Positions 19,190-31,667 of a stretch of DNA of 64,000 nt are shown here, in pieces; position 1 is the stretch's first letter; each line of letters begins with the position of its first letter. Under the pieces are notes generated by a model. That model saw nothing but the letters and a program-made list of their open reading frames with translations. It was not told where the DNA came from and made no database searches. This DNA is from Rebecca billardiae RCC1528 (taxonomy: Eukaryota; Protista; Haptophyta), in the NCBI GenBank assembly GCA_965240325.2, contig OZ251223.1:4278001-4342000 (forward strand), written 5' to 3'. Made by a program: the position numbers and the translations under genes.

Positions 19190-21552
19190 ATGCTGATCCC
19201 GGCGTTCAAGCTCGAGATGAAGAACCCCATCCTGCCCGGCCTGGCGGTGGTGGGCAAATGTGCGCGCTCGGCGCGCGCGCGCGTACCGCGGCCGGCGCGC
19301 GTCGCGCGCACACTGCGGGACCGCCCACGCCGCCTGCGCCCGGCGCGCGGTGCGCGCGCCGCGCGCAGACGACGGCGAGAGCCCCAGCCTGACGTGCGGC
19401 ACGAACGGTGGCCGCGTCTTCATCCACAGCCCGCACGAGCGCGACGAGTTCACTAGCGCCGAGGTGCGGCACCTCAACATGAACCGCAAGCTCACGTGCA
19501 TCGCCGCGGGCGCGCTCGACCCAAAGTCGAAGCGCGAGGCGCTGCTCGTGGGCGCGCAGACGACGCTGTTCGCGTACGACATCCGCGACAACGCCGACCT
19601 CTTCTACAAGGACGTGCCCGACGGCGTCAACGCGATGAAGGTCGGGATGATCAACGCGTACGACGCGCCGCTCGCGATCGTCGGCGGCAACTGCTCGATC
19701 CAGGGCTTCGACCACGCGGGCAGCGAGCAGTTCTGGACGGTGACGGGGGACAACGTGGTGAGCCTCGAGTTCTGCGACGTGGACGACGACGGCCGGATGG
19801 AGATGCTCGTCGGCTCGGAGGACTTCGAGATCCGCATCTTCAACGACGAGGAGGTGATCTCGGAGGTGACCGAGACGGCCGCGGTCGTCGGGCTCGCGTC
19901 GCTGCGCCGCACCAAGTACGGGTACGCGCTGTCGAACGGGACGGTGGGCGTGTACGACCGGAACCAGCGCGTGTGGCGCGTCAAGTCGAAGCACACCGTC
20001 TCCGCCATCTGCGGCTTCGACCTCGACGGCGACGGCGAGCCCGAGCTGATCTCGGGCTGGTCGCAGGGCCGGCTCGAGGTGCGCTCCGACCGCACGGGCG
20101 ACGTCATCTTCAAGGACGCGCTCAACCAGCCGGTGAGCGCGATCGTGACGGCGGACTACCGGAAGGACGGGGCGCAGGAGGTGATCGTGTGCGGCGCGAG
20201 CGGCGAGGTGCGCGCCTACCTCCCCGCCGACCAGGAGCTCTCGGGCAACCTGATGGACACGAACGTCGAGCTCGAGCTGCTGCACGAGCTCACGCAGCGC
20301 AAGGCCGAGCTGGGCGCCGAGCTCAAGCACCTGCAGGACAACATGAAGATGGCGGGCTCGGGGCAGACGGAGGCGGGGCTGATCCCGACGTCGACCAAGG
20401 TGACCACCTCGCTCAACGTCGACCGCGCCGCGCGCTGCGTCTACCTCCACGTCGAGTCGTCCACGGCGGACGCGCGCGTGCGCGCCGTCGCCGTGTTTGC
20501 TGACCAGATCTTCGAGGGCGAGTCGCACGCCGCGCACGACCTGAGCGGCGCGCGGAGCGTGCGCGTGCCGCTGCGCCCGCCCAAGGACGTGGCCACGATG
20601 CTCGGCATCGCCGCGCTCGTCGGCGGCCGCGGCTCCACCGCCTTCCACGTCTTCGAGTCGCAGACCAAGCTGCCCAAGTTTGCGATGTACGCGGCCGCGA
20701 CCGACGCGGACGGGCCGGCGCCGCGCTCGTCCGTCTCCTTCAAGGTGCACGAGCGCACGGGGCAGGTGAAGCAGTGGGCGAACGGCGCGTTCGTCGCGGA
20801 CGTGGTGCCCGACTCGGGCTCCGCCCACTTCGCCGCGCTGCACGCCGTCTCCCTCCGCACCGGCGGCCGCCTCTCCATCCTGCTCGACGGCGGCGTCGTG
20901 CGCGTGTGCACAGACTCGATGGAGGTCGCGGCCGACGTCGTGCAGGACCTGTGCGACGCGCTGCAGATCTCCGAGCTGGAGAGCGAGGCGGAGTTCCCGC
21001 AGGAGATGGCGGCGTTCCGCGAGGTGCTGCAGCGCGTCGACGAGTACAACGCCGTCCGCGTCAAGCTCACCGCCGACATGGCCGACTCGTCCAACCTGGT
21101 GAAGCAGCTCGTGATCCGCGCAGAGGACGCGCGCATGCTGCACCAGACGCAGCTGATGCGCAAGACCTACTCGCAGCTGCACTCGCTCAACCAGGAGCTG
21201 ATCGGCGAGTACATGAAGCGCACGAACAACCACGAGCAGCTGCTCGAGGCGCGCGCGCCGCGCCGCGCCGCCGGCCGCGCCGCGCCGCCGGCCGCGCCCG
21301 CCGGCCGCGCCCGCCGGCCGCGCCCGCCGGCCGCGCCCGCCGGCCGCGCCGCCAACGCGCCGCGCGCCCCTCGCGCGCGCGCCTCGCGCGCGCACTGCGC
21401 AGGCGCTCAAGGAGGTGAACAGCATGATCCAGAAGGCGGCGCGGTTACGAGTCGGCGCGGCGAAGGGGCGGGTGGTCACGGCGTGCCGGAACGCGATCAA
21501 GACGAACAACATCCACGCGTTGTTCAAGATCATCCAGTCGGGCAGCGAATGA
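19190..21552 (+). CDS. BBS2: Bardet-Biedl syndrome 2 protein (BBSome subunit, 699 aa); exons 19190-19259, 19369-21248, 21403-21552
   Basis: MLIPAFKL...GK|YDGESPSLTCGTNGGRVFIHSPH, LFYKDVPDGVN, GGNCSIQGFD, FWTVTGDNV, LVGSEDFEIRIF, and C-terminal IQKAARLRVG...VVTACRNAIKTNNI. Intron 1 is GT-AG and intron 2 is GC-AG. Confidence 0.96.
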
Positions 21553-21736
21553 CGACGAGCGCTGCCAGCACAGCCGTCTCACTCTCCGCAGCCGAGGCGC
21601 CGTCACTCGAATCACTCGTCAGCAGCATCAGTGTCCGATTCCGCCGCCCCGCGGACGTTGGCATTCCGGGCGGCCCCATCAGGCTGCTTCGCAAACATAT
21701 CCGCGCGTCACGTAGTCGTCGTGCTGATGAATATCG

Positions 21737-21826
21737 ATATATAATTAATATATATATATATATTGATATATATATATATCAATATATATATATATATTGA
21801 TATATATATCAATATATAGCATATAT
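21737..21826. repeat. Imperfect (TA)n microsatellite
   Basis: About 90 bp of ATATAT runs interrupted by TTG/CAA, in an otherwise very GC-rich window. Confidence 0.9.
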
Positions 21827-22871
21827 CGTGTCAGCGGCGGGATATCATCAGCCGATCGTACTTTAGGCTACGCGCGTCACCGTCCGGACTGGTCCAGCCA
21901 TAAGTCCGTAGTCGTAATTATTCGCGTCGTCATTCGGATCGGAAATATACAGCCGCATACATTATTCGTGCGCGCCTCGCTGTCGTCATGAATCGGTCGG
22001 CCGCGCGTGTGATGTGTCGTGTGACTCTCTCTCTGACTCTCACGTCGAGTGACCGCTGCTGCTATACGACTGGGCGCCGCCGCCTGGCGGCGCCCGTCCC
22101 CTGCTGAATCCTGATCATGATTAGCAGATCATGATGATGACGCGACGAGTGATCGAATTCGATTACTGCTATGTGATATGAAATGTGATGGGCGGTGCCT
22201 GCGGCTGGCCGGCGGCTCGGGCTGACGATCCTGATGTCCGGTCCCGCCCTGACCCGAGCGGCGCCGACCGACCGACTACTGACGACGCCAGACGAGGCAG
22301 ACGCGACTGCGGCGCATGCTTAATATAATAATAGTAGCAGCAGTCGTAATACTACGACTACTGATGCTGCTTTATTTTGCTCGTCGTCTAATCTGCTGAT
22401 GAGTGATGATCCGTCGGACGTCATTGCAGCAGTGCCCTAGCAGTGAGTCGGAGTCGGTGAGCGTTCAGTCAGCAGTGCGCAACGGCTGGCCAGCGACGCC
22501 TGACTGTAGTAGCTGATGTCGTAGTCTACTGCTTGTCGTAGTCAGTAGTAGATCATCGATCGAGCTTTCTGTATATATGTATCGTACATACGACGACTCG
22601 CGACTGCATGCTCAGAGTCAGATCAGTCCTGAGAGGCGGCGCCGGCACCGCGCCGTTATTCGTCGCGTTAATAATAATCGGCGTTATCGTCGTCGTCATA
22701 ATCATATGATGGCCGCTCACTCGGCGCCGGAGACTGAGCCGGCTGAGCATCGGTCTTCATCATCAGCGCATGATGATGATCGCGATGTCGTGATGATGTC
22801 ATCCGATCGTAGTTGAGCGTTGCAGCCGCCATTCATTTGGACGACATCACCGTGCACTGCTAGTTACTCGC

Positions 22872-25800
22872 CTAGCCGTCGCCCGCGTCGTCGTCTGCGC
22901 CGTCGTCGACGTGGGAGGGTAGCTGGCGGCCGCTGAGCGCGTAGAGCCGGCCGAGGAGCGCGGGCAGGCCCAGGCTCGGCCCCGCCGCCCCGCCGATGCC
23001 GCCCGTCAGCCTGCTCAGCAGCGCGCTCGGTCCGCGCGTGAGCCTGCCGAGCAGCCCGGCCTCGGAGCCCTCCTCCTCCTCCTCCTCGTCCGACTCGCCG
23101 TCCGAGTCGACCGCGCGCGGCGGCTCGATGTGCATCGCCTGCATCGCGGCGCGGGCGTTGAGCCGCGCCTCGTGCTTGCGGCCCTTCTCGGTGATCAGCT
23201 CGAAGAGCGGCTGCCCCGCGTCGTCCCGCCAGCGCGCCAGCCCCTTGGGCAGCGCGGGCGACTCCTTGCGCGCCGCGACCATCTTCTCGCTCAGCCGCGC
23301 AAACGCGGCGCGCTGGGTGCGCGCCGTGCCGACGCGCAGCAGCACGAGCACGGTGCGCTGCACGTTGGCGAACTCGCGCTTGCTCACCTCGTGCAGGTCG
23401 GAGCGCTCGGCGTAGTTGGTGTACCGCGTGTACGCTGCAGGCGCGCGCGCGGGGCGGCGCGGGCGGCGCGGGCGGCGCGGGTGGGGCGTCTGAGGCGCGC
23501 GCCCGAGCCGGCGCCGCGCGCGGCGCACGGGCACGCGGGCACGCGGCGGCGTGCGACGGCGCGCCGCGCCGCGCGCCCCGCACCGTTCAGGGCCATCACG
23601 AGCGTGGCGAGCACGCCCGCGATCACGTTGGCGCGCAGGATGAGGAACATCGCCGCGAGCGTGGCGAGCACGAGCGAGTTGAACGCCAGCGACTGCGAGC
23701 GCCGCCTCAGCCTGGACGAGAGCAGCGCGTGTGCGATGCGGTACTCGCCACACAGCCGGTACCAGCGCTGCGGACGTGTGGGAGGGAGGGAGGGGGGGCG
23801 AGGGCGGAGGGTTGGCGCGGCGCGAGGTGGGCGCGCGGGGGCTGGGCGCGGAGGGCGGCCTGCGCCGCGCAGCCCCGCACCTGCAGCTTGAGCTGCCGGT
23901 CCAGCCCGAGCTTGGGCGGCAGGCTCTGTGCCGAGAGCGCGGGCGCGCCTCCGCCGCCGAGCGCGCGCAGCAGCTGTGAGCCCGCCGCGGGCTCGAAGGC
24001 GCGCGTGCCGCCGTCCAGGCCCGCGCGCGCGTCCTCGAGCAAGCCCTCGCCGCGCAGCACCGCCATGCTCGGCCTGCGCGGCGCGCTGTCCGCCTCGCTC
24101 GCGCCCTGCGCCTCCTCGGGGTCGGGCGTCTGGTCGACGTAGTCGAGCGCGTGGTACAGCTTGGTGGCGAGCTTGCCCGCGCGCGCAGACATGCCGTCCG
24201 CGCCGCCGGCGGCGCCCTCGGCGTCGAGCGCGGAGGACTCGGCGTGCAGCGCGACGGTGAGCGCGTCCACCTCCGCGGCGATCGACGCGAACTCGCGCGA
24301 GGCCACCAGGTGCCGGCTCGCCCGCTCCTCGTACCCGGCCAGCTTGGCGAACGTGGCGAGCGCGGCGACGACGGCGGTGCCGAGCGCGCTCACGCCCACC
24401 AGCACGGTGGAGAGCCAGTCGAGCGCGACGTCGACGGACTCGCCCGCGTCGGAGAGGAGCGGCGTGAAGGGCACGTTGGTGGAGTTCGCCGTCTTCGAGA
24501 AGAAGGAGGTGAGCTTCTTCGCGCCGAGCTTGGTGACGGACGAGAGCTTGTCCAACGCCGCGCCCACGCCCGCCTCCTCCGCCTCCGTCTCGTTGCCAGC
24601 CACCCAGCCGGGCGGCGCGGACGGCGGCTCGGGCGGCGCGGGCGGCGGCGCGGGCGGCGCGGGCGGCGGCGAGGGCGGGCTCGGCGGCGGCGGGTGCGGC
24701 GGCGGGTGCGGCGGCGGGCTCGGCGGCGGCGGGTTTGGCGGCGGCGACGGCGGCGGGTGCGGCGGCGACGGCGGCGGCGACGGCGGCGGCGCGCTCGGCG
24801 GCGCGCTCGGCGGCAGCGCCGGCGGCGGCGCGCTCGGCGGCGCGCTCGGCGGCGGCGGCGGCGGCGACGACGGCGGCGTGTGCGGCGGCGACGGCGGCGG
24901 CGTCGGAGGCGGCGCGTGCGGCGGCGGCGGCGTGGGAGGCGGCGGCGCGCGCGGCGGCGGCGGCACGGGCGGCGGCGCGTGCGGCGGCGGCGGCGGCGGC
25001 GGCGCGGGCGGCGGCTGGTGAGGCGGCGGCGGCTCGTGCGGCGGCGGCGGCGCGGGTGGTGGCGCGTGCGGCGGCGGCTTGTGCGGCGGCGGCGGCGCGG
25101 GCGGCGGCGGCGGCGCGGGCGGCGGCGGCGGCGCGGGCGGCGGCGGCGGCGGCGAGGGCGGTGGCTTGCGCGGCGGCGGCGGCGGCGAGGGCGGCGGCGG
25201 CGGCGGCGTGAGCGGCGAGCCCGCCGCCGCCTCCTCCTCCGCCGCGGCCGCGGCCGCGGAGCCGGAGGCGGCGTCGGGCAGCTCGTCGAGGCGGCGTCGG
25301 CGCCAGTCCTCGACGCGCCCCGCGGCCCTCGCCGCCACGCTCGCCACCGCGCCCGCCGCGTGGCCCGCGGCCATCTCGACGAGCGGAGCGAACGCCGCGG
25401 CTGTGCACACGGCCGCCGCCTGCTCGCCGAGCAGCCGCCGAGCGCCCCCGGCGGCGGCGGCGGCGGCGGGTGCGCCGAGGCTGGCGCCGCCGACGTCGAG
25501 GGCGGTGGCGTTGGCGTCCCCCGCGAGCGCGGCCTCGCCCGCGCCCCCGCCCTCGTGCGGCTCCACGATCAGCAGCGTCGAGACGAACGTCGCGACCGCG
25601 AGGCCCAGCATCTGCACGCGCGCCAGCCGAGCCTTGTTCAGCTCGGCGAGGCCGAGGTGCGCGTCGCTCAGCTCGCGCGCGCGGCGCCACCAGCCGAGGA
25701 GCAGCGCGAGGCGGCGCTTGGAGGGGGCGGAGGTGCGCACGATGGGCTCGGTCAGCGGCGCGAGCTCCTTCGCGTCGCGCACCAGCGCGCGCAGCGAGAT

Positions 25801-27585
25801 GTGCTTGTACTGCGCGCGCACCGCGCGCGGCAGCGGCGGCATCGCCTCGTACGCGGACGCGTACCGCACGGAGAGAGTCGCCATCGTCGAGCGGAGGTCG
25901 AGCTTGCGCAGCCGGCTGAGGGCGTCGTCGGACACGCCGGTCGGGCGCGTGGCGGGCGGCGGGTCGGGCTGCGGCCTGTGCCGCCGCCGCCGCCGCTTCG
26001 CCGCCGCCGCCGCCTCGACGTCCTCGGAGGCGGCGCCCGCCTCGGACGGGGCGGCGCCGTCCGCGCCCGCGCCCGCGCCGCGCAGCCGGCGGAGCAGCGC
26101 GAAGCAGCTGGGCGGGCGCGGCAGGCTGGGCAGCGGGAGGCCGAAGCAGCCGCCCCGCCCGCCGTCGTCCTCGCCCACCACGCCGCTGCCGCCCGTCAGG
26201 ATCGGCAGCAGCGCCCGCCCCTTCTCGTCGCGCAGCAGCCGGAGCAGCGGCGCGGGCGGCAGCGCGGGCGCGCCCTCCGCCGCCTGCTCCGAGCGGTTCG
26301 CGAGCGCCTTCGCGCCGACGAGCTGCTCGCGCGCGGTGCCGGTCATGAGCAGCGCGCGCGAGTCGCGCGCGATCGCCGCGTACCGGCGCGACGTGCGCCG
26401 GTGCGCCGTCGCCTTGCTGTCGAACGCCATGAAGCGGCCGAGCGCGCCGAGCGCCGTGACCGCGCACGCGAGCGCGTTGGCGAGGCCGCCAAAGAAGCCG
26501 CCGCCGCCGTTGAAGAGCAGCAGGCCCGCCGCGGTGGAGAGGCAGAGGATGTAGAAGGAGATGGCGTCGTCGCGCGCGCGGTTCGCGTTCCCGCGCGTCG
26601 CGTGCGCGATCTGCAGCTCCACCGCCGTGCGGTGCATCCGCTGCAGCGAGAGGTTGGGGCCCTCGCCCGAGACCGCGCCGTTGTTGCGGTCGGCGCGGTG
26701 CCGCGCGCGCGCGTTCAGCGCGGCGAGCGCCTCGCGCCGCTCGCGGCGCGCGCGCTCGAAGCCCTTCTCGAACGAGACGCACGAGCACGTGCGCACCGCG
26801 CGCACGCCCTTGCGCACGCGCTCGGGCACGTCGCGCGAGACGAAGGTGAGCACGTCCGTGCGCAGGTGCGCGCAGCACTCGTGCAGCTCGAGCGCAGCCT
26901 CGGGCTCGAGCGACGCGAAGATGGCGAGCACGTGCTGCGCGACGTCGTCGAACGCGTCGGCCGCGGCCTGGTGCTCCGTCGTGCGCACCGCGTACCCGGC
27001 GAACGCCATCCACGACGTCATCGCCGCGACGAGCGTCGCGATCACGCCCGTGGCCATGCCGGCGCCGCCGACCGAGCCGTGCGCGCCGGCCTCGCCGCCG
27101 TCGGCGGCGGCCGTGGCCGAGGCGCGCGAGAGCAGCGCGACGATCCCGGCGAGGACGAAGGTGAGGAAGCCGATCAGCCTGGTCCACAGGTAGTTGCGCG
27201 TCATCGAGCGCGTGTGCGCGTGCGCAAACTCGCGCGCCTTGCAGTAGAACAGCTTGAGCAGCTGGAACTGGCGCACCGTCGTGCGCACGGCGGGGCGGAG
27301 GGGCACGAGCGGCGCGACCTCGTCGAGCTCGTCCGCCAGCGCGCCCACCGAGATGTACTCGTACCCGCGCGGCAGCGGCCGCGGCAGCGCGGGCGCCGAC
27401 TCGAGCGCGGCGCCAAAGTTGTCCGACACGCCCGCCAGCACCTCGCCGAGCGACTGCGCGGTGGGCGGCTCGACGGGGGGCAGCTCGGCGAGCGGGTCCT
27501 CGGTTCGAGGGAGCGCGGGGAGGCCGGGGCCGTCGGGCAGCGCGTCGCTCCGCGGCGCGCTCCGCGGGAGCAGGCTCGGCGCCAT
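22872..27585 (-). CDS. 4x SLATT-like (2TM) repeat membrane protein, paralogue A (~1483 aa); exons 27585..23881, 23767..23584, 23434..22872
   Basis: Four modules of the form helix-H...TM1-loop-TM2...(F/Y)...H...(F/Y): KAREFAHAH...AFAGYAVRTTEHQAAADAF; LQIAH...FMAFDSKATAHRRTSRRY; RARELSDAH...KLAGYEERASRHLVASREF; CGEYRIAH...YTNYAERSDLHEVSKREF. Two GT-AG introns. Confidence 0.8.
24620..25215 (-). repeat. Pro/His-rich extensin-like coding repeat inside the loop of module 3 of paralogue A
   Basis: Encodes PPPPPSPPPPP, HAPPP, SAPP and PHPPP runs between TM1 and TM2 of module 3. Confidence 0.85.
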
Positions 27586-27995
27586 CGGCGCGCGCCCGAC
27601 TACGGCACTCGCCAACTTCGCCAGGCGCGCTGGATCAGTGCAGTAGTAGTCGCGCCCCTCACCAGTTCCCGAGAGCGAAAAAGGACGAACGCGCCTTTCA
27701 AACTTGGTTCTTGATCTGCAGCACTTATACGAAAAGTGAGCTTCGCGCGCGGTTCGCCCGCGCCCCGCGGCGGCGGCAGACCCAATAATGCGGATGAAAT
27801 ATGAGTACGGTGTGCAGCCAATCATCAGCATTTGGTGGTCTTCCCGTGCGTGCGCGCCCGCCCGCACGGGTCGCGACGAACGCCTTCGCAGCCGCCGAGG
27901 GGCCGCTGCGTGCTGACCAGTGCCCAGCCCGGCGCCGGGGAGAGGCGCCTCGTGGGACTGGCCGCCGCCTGCGCCACCGTGCGCGCCCGGGCGCC
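27586..27995. promoter_or_regulatory. Putative bidirectional promoter between the two SLATT-like paralogues
   Basis: 410 bp between divergent ATGs, locally more AT-rich, with CCAAT at about 27782 and 27819. Confidence 0.5.
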
Positions 27996-30900
27996 ATGTC
28001 GCTCATGGCGTTCGTCGACCGCTTCCGCGAGAAGCGCGACCCGCTCGCCAAGCTGCCCGAGATGGAGCCGCCGACCGAGGAGTACCTGCGCGAGTACGTC
28101 GCCAACGTCTCGACGATGTTCCAGGGGGTGCTCGAGGCGCGGCCGCACGTGGACAACCCGCTGCCGGGCAACTACCGGTACATCTCCGACGTCGACGTGA
28201 AGCGCGAGGACGCGTGGCTCGCGCCCGTCCTCCCGCGCAAGCCGGTGCTGCCCGTGTCGGTGCGCCGCTGGCAGCTGCTCCGCTCGATGTACGTGAAGAG
28301 CCGCGAGTTCGCGCACCTGCACCAGCGGTACGCGACGTCGAACTTCGTCAAGACGCAGGTGATCGCGGTGCTCACCTCGCTCACCACGGTCGCCGTCGTC
28401 GTGCTGCTGTACGTGCTCCACCTCGACGAGGCGGCCGTGCTGTTCTCGGCGGTCTCGTCGCTGCTCGTGTCGATGGTCAACTCGTGGTCGGCGTTCGCGC
28501 GGTACGACGCGCTGACGGAGGAGCACGAGCAGGCGGCCGATCGGTTCGCCGACATCGCGTCCGACATCCTCGCCTTCGTCGCCTCCGTCGACCGCCCGAG
28601 CGCGCGCGCGCTCGCCTCTTTGTGCGACCACCTGCACCTCGACTTCCTGAGCGCGCTCGTGCGCGGAGTCAAGTGGCTCAAGGCGCACCTGCTGCGGTGC
28701 CCGCCCAAGCTGCCGCGGCTGCGCGCGCCGGGCGTGCACATGCCCGACGGCGTGCACGTGGGCGCGCCGCACCTGCCCGGCGGCGTGCACGTGGGCGCGC
28801 CGGTCGTGCCGGGCGTGCACGCGCCGCACGCGCCGCACCTGCCGAGCGGCGTGCACGCGCCCAGGCTGCGCGCCGTGCACGCGCCCAAGCTGCGCGGGCT
28901 CGGCGCGCTGCGCTCGCCGCTCGAGGGGGTGGAGACGGGCGTGGAGCACCTCTCCGAGGAGGCCAAGCAGCGCCTCATGCAGCACACCAACTTCCGCCTG
29001 CAGCTCCTGCTGCGCAACACGACCGAGCGGCAGCTCGCGCACGGCGCGGTCTCGCGCTTCAACCGGCGCGTGGCGCTCGTCCTCGCCTTCACGATCCTCA
29101 ACGCGACGACGGCGATCGGCCTGCTGCTGCTCGGCGGGCAGGGCTCGGCGTTCGCGCGCCTCCTCGCCTCGGCGATCTCCGCCGCCGTCACCGTGCTCAA
29201 CACCATCGCGATGGCCGGCGGGTTTGCGTCGAAGGCGATCAACCACTCGCGCGCGTCCAAGCGCACCGCGGCGATCGCGCGCAAGGTGCGCACCGTGCTG
29301 AAGACGGTGGGGCGGCGCGAGCAGGAGGCGGCGGTCGACGCGCTCGAGTTCGAGTTCAAGACGGCGACCAAGGAGGCGCCGCGGCTGCCCAGCCGCTTCG
29401 TCCTGCGCAACATCCGCGACGAGGGCCTCCACCCGCTCGTGCCCATCCTCGCGGGCCAGGGCATCTACGGCGCCGCGGTGCGCGACTGCGCGCGCGCGCC
29501 GCGGCTGCACGCGCGGCTGCACGAGGGGCCGAGCGCGGCCGGCGCGAGCGCGCGCGCGCGGCGGCCTGCGCCCGCCCCCACCCTCGCCCGCCCTTTTCCC
29601 CCGCCGCGCCCCGTGCGCAGGACACGGCCTCGCCCCTGGGCAACCTGTGCGGCTGCGCGCAGCTGCTCTTTGGCACGCACGGCTCCCGCGCGACTGCCGA
29701 GGACGTTGAGCGCGCGTGGGCCAACGTGGACGACAGCCTGCCCGCGGAGAAGAAGCCGAGGCCGCCGCAGGGCGTGTCGAGGGAGCTGCTCGAGCTGTGC
29801 GCGGACATGGCGCTGCCTGTCTTTGTGAACGAGGTGCGGCAGGCAGGCGGGCAGCAGCCCAGCAGCGCGAGCCGATGCCACGCGCGGCGCGGCGGCGCGC
29901 GCGGCGGCGCGCGCGCGGCGGCGCGCGCCGCGCGCGCCGCATCACGCCCCGCGCCCCTGTGCGCGCGCGCGCGCGCGCGCGCGTGGTCGCGCAGATGGGC
30001 TCGCGCTTCTCCGCGCAGTGGGAGGTGATGCCCGAGCTGCCCGCGTGGGCGCGTCGCAAGCACGCGCTGCTCTCGTTCGAGGCGCTGTCGGCGGAGGTGC
30101 AGGCGGCCGCGCCGGTGGACACGCCGCTCGACTTCTCGTCGCTCGTGTCCAAGCGGCGCATCGCGCTGCTGCTGCGCTGGTACATGCGCGCGCTCGTGCT
30201 GCAGAGCGCGCACCGCGAGCTGGCCGAGCGGAACAAGCGGCTGCTCATGCGCTGGCAGCTCTTCGCCCTCGGCCTCGCCACGTTCGTCACGGTGATCCTG
30301 CTGCTCGTGCAGCCGAGCACCATCCCGCACTCGGAGCAGGCGGGCTTTGGCGCGCAGGCGGGGGAGAATCTCGGCGAGGCGGCGGAGCACAACGCCGAGG
30401 CGACGCTCGACTGGGCGCTGGAGCACGTGCCGCTCATCTCGGCGGGGATCTCCGCCCTCGTCGGCGCGATCGGCTCGTTCGTCAAGCTCGCCTCCTTCGA
30501 GGCGAAGCACACGGGCCACCTGGTCGCCTCGCGCGAGTTTGGCGCGATCGGCGTCTCGATCGAGCGCGTGGTGATCGAGGTGGCTTCGGTCGCGGCCCGG
30601 ATCGAGGAGCAGCTGGGCAAGGCGGGCGTGGGCAGCGCGGGCGCGAAGCCCAAGGTGGCGATCAACGTGCGCACCTCCGCCACGCTCTTCGCCGCGCTCG
30701 ACTACGCCGCCGCCTTCCCGCTCCTCGAGCGCGACGAGGACGAGGACCTGGGCGAGCACGTGCCCCCACAGCTGGGCGCGGACGGGCAGCTGGACGCGGC
30801 GTTTGAGCAGGTGCTGATGGACAGGGAGGGCGCGGCGGCGCAGGCGGCGGCGGACGAGGCGGCGGGCAAGAAGCGGCGGCGGCGGCGGTGGCACGCCATC

Positions 30901-31636
30901 GAGAACGAGTACCTCCTCGGCGAGCCCGACGAGCCAGCCCTCGGCGCGGAGGGCGAGGCGGGCGGCGCCGACGACGACGGCGGCGCGGGTAGCGTCTCCA
31001 GCTCGTCCGTGTCGGGCGGCGCGGCGGACGAGGAGGAGGGGCTCGGCGGCTCGGTGGCGGGCTCGGCGCGCGGCGGGCGCGGCGGCGGCGCCAAGCCCGG
31101 CGCCAAGCCCGGCGCCAAGCCCGGCGGCGCCGCGCCCGCCGCGCCGCCGCCCGCGGCGCCGTCGAAGGAGGTGCTGGCCGCGCGGCGCAAGCGGCAGCGC
31201 GCGCGGCAGCAGCTCAAGGGCGAGGCGCTCGAGGCGGCGGATCGGCTCAAGGCGGCGCAGCTCGCGATGCTCAAGCAGATGGCGACGACGCACGTGCCGC
31301 TCACCCCCGCGGCGTACGTGCCGCCCTCCGCGCGCCTCGACTACCTGCTCAAGCTGCAGCTGTGGTACCGCAAGGCGGGCGAGTACCGCGTGGCGCACAT
31401 CCGCATGGGCGCCGCGTACCACCGGCGCTCGATGGCCCTCGCCTTCAACGCGCTCGTGCTGTCCACCGCCACGTCCGTGCTGCTGGTGATCCGGCTGCCG
31501 TACCGCGGGCTCGCCTCCGCGCTCTCCGCCCTCGTCATGGCGATCAACGGTGCGCGCCGCGCGCCGCCGCGCGCGGCCCCGCGCTCACGCAAGCGCCGCC
31601 ACGCCTCCCTCCCTCTCTCACACAGCGTGCGCGCGC

Positions 31637-31667
<31 letters not shown>

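Noticed and set aside
22068-22110. Helitron 3' end (hairpin + CTRR)
   Set aside because: There is no convincing CTAG-T terminus or 5' TC end, and no Rep/helicase.
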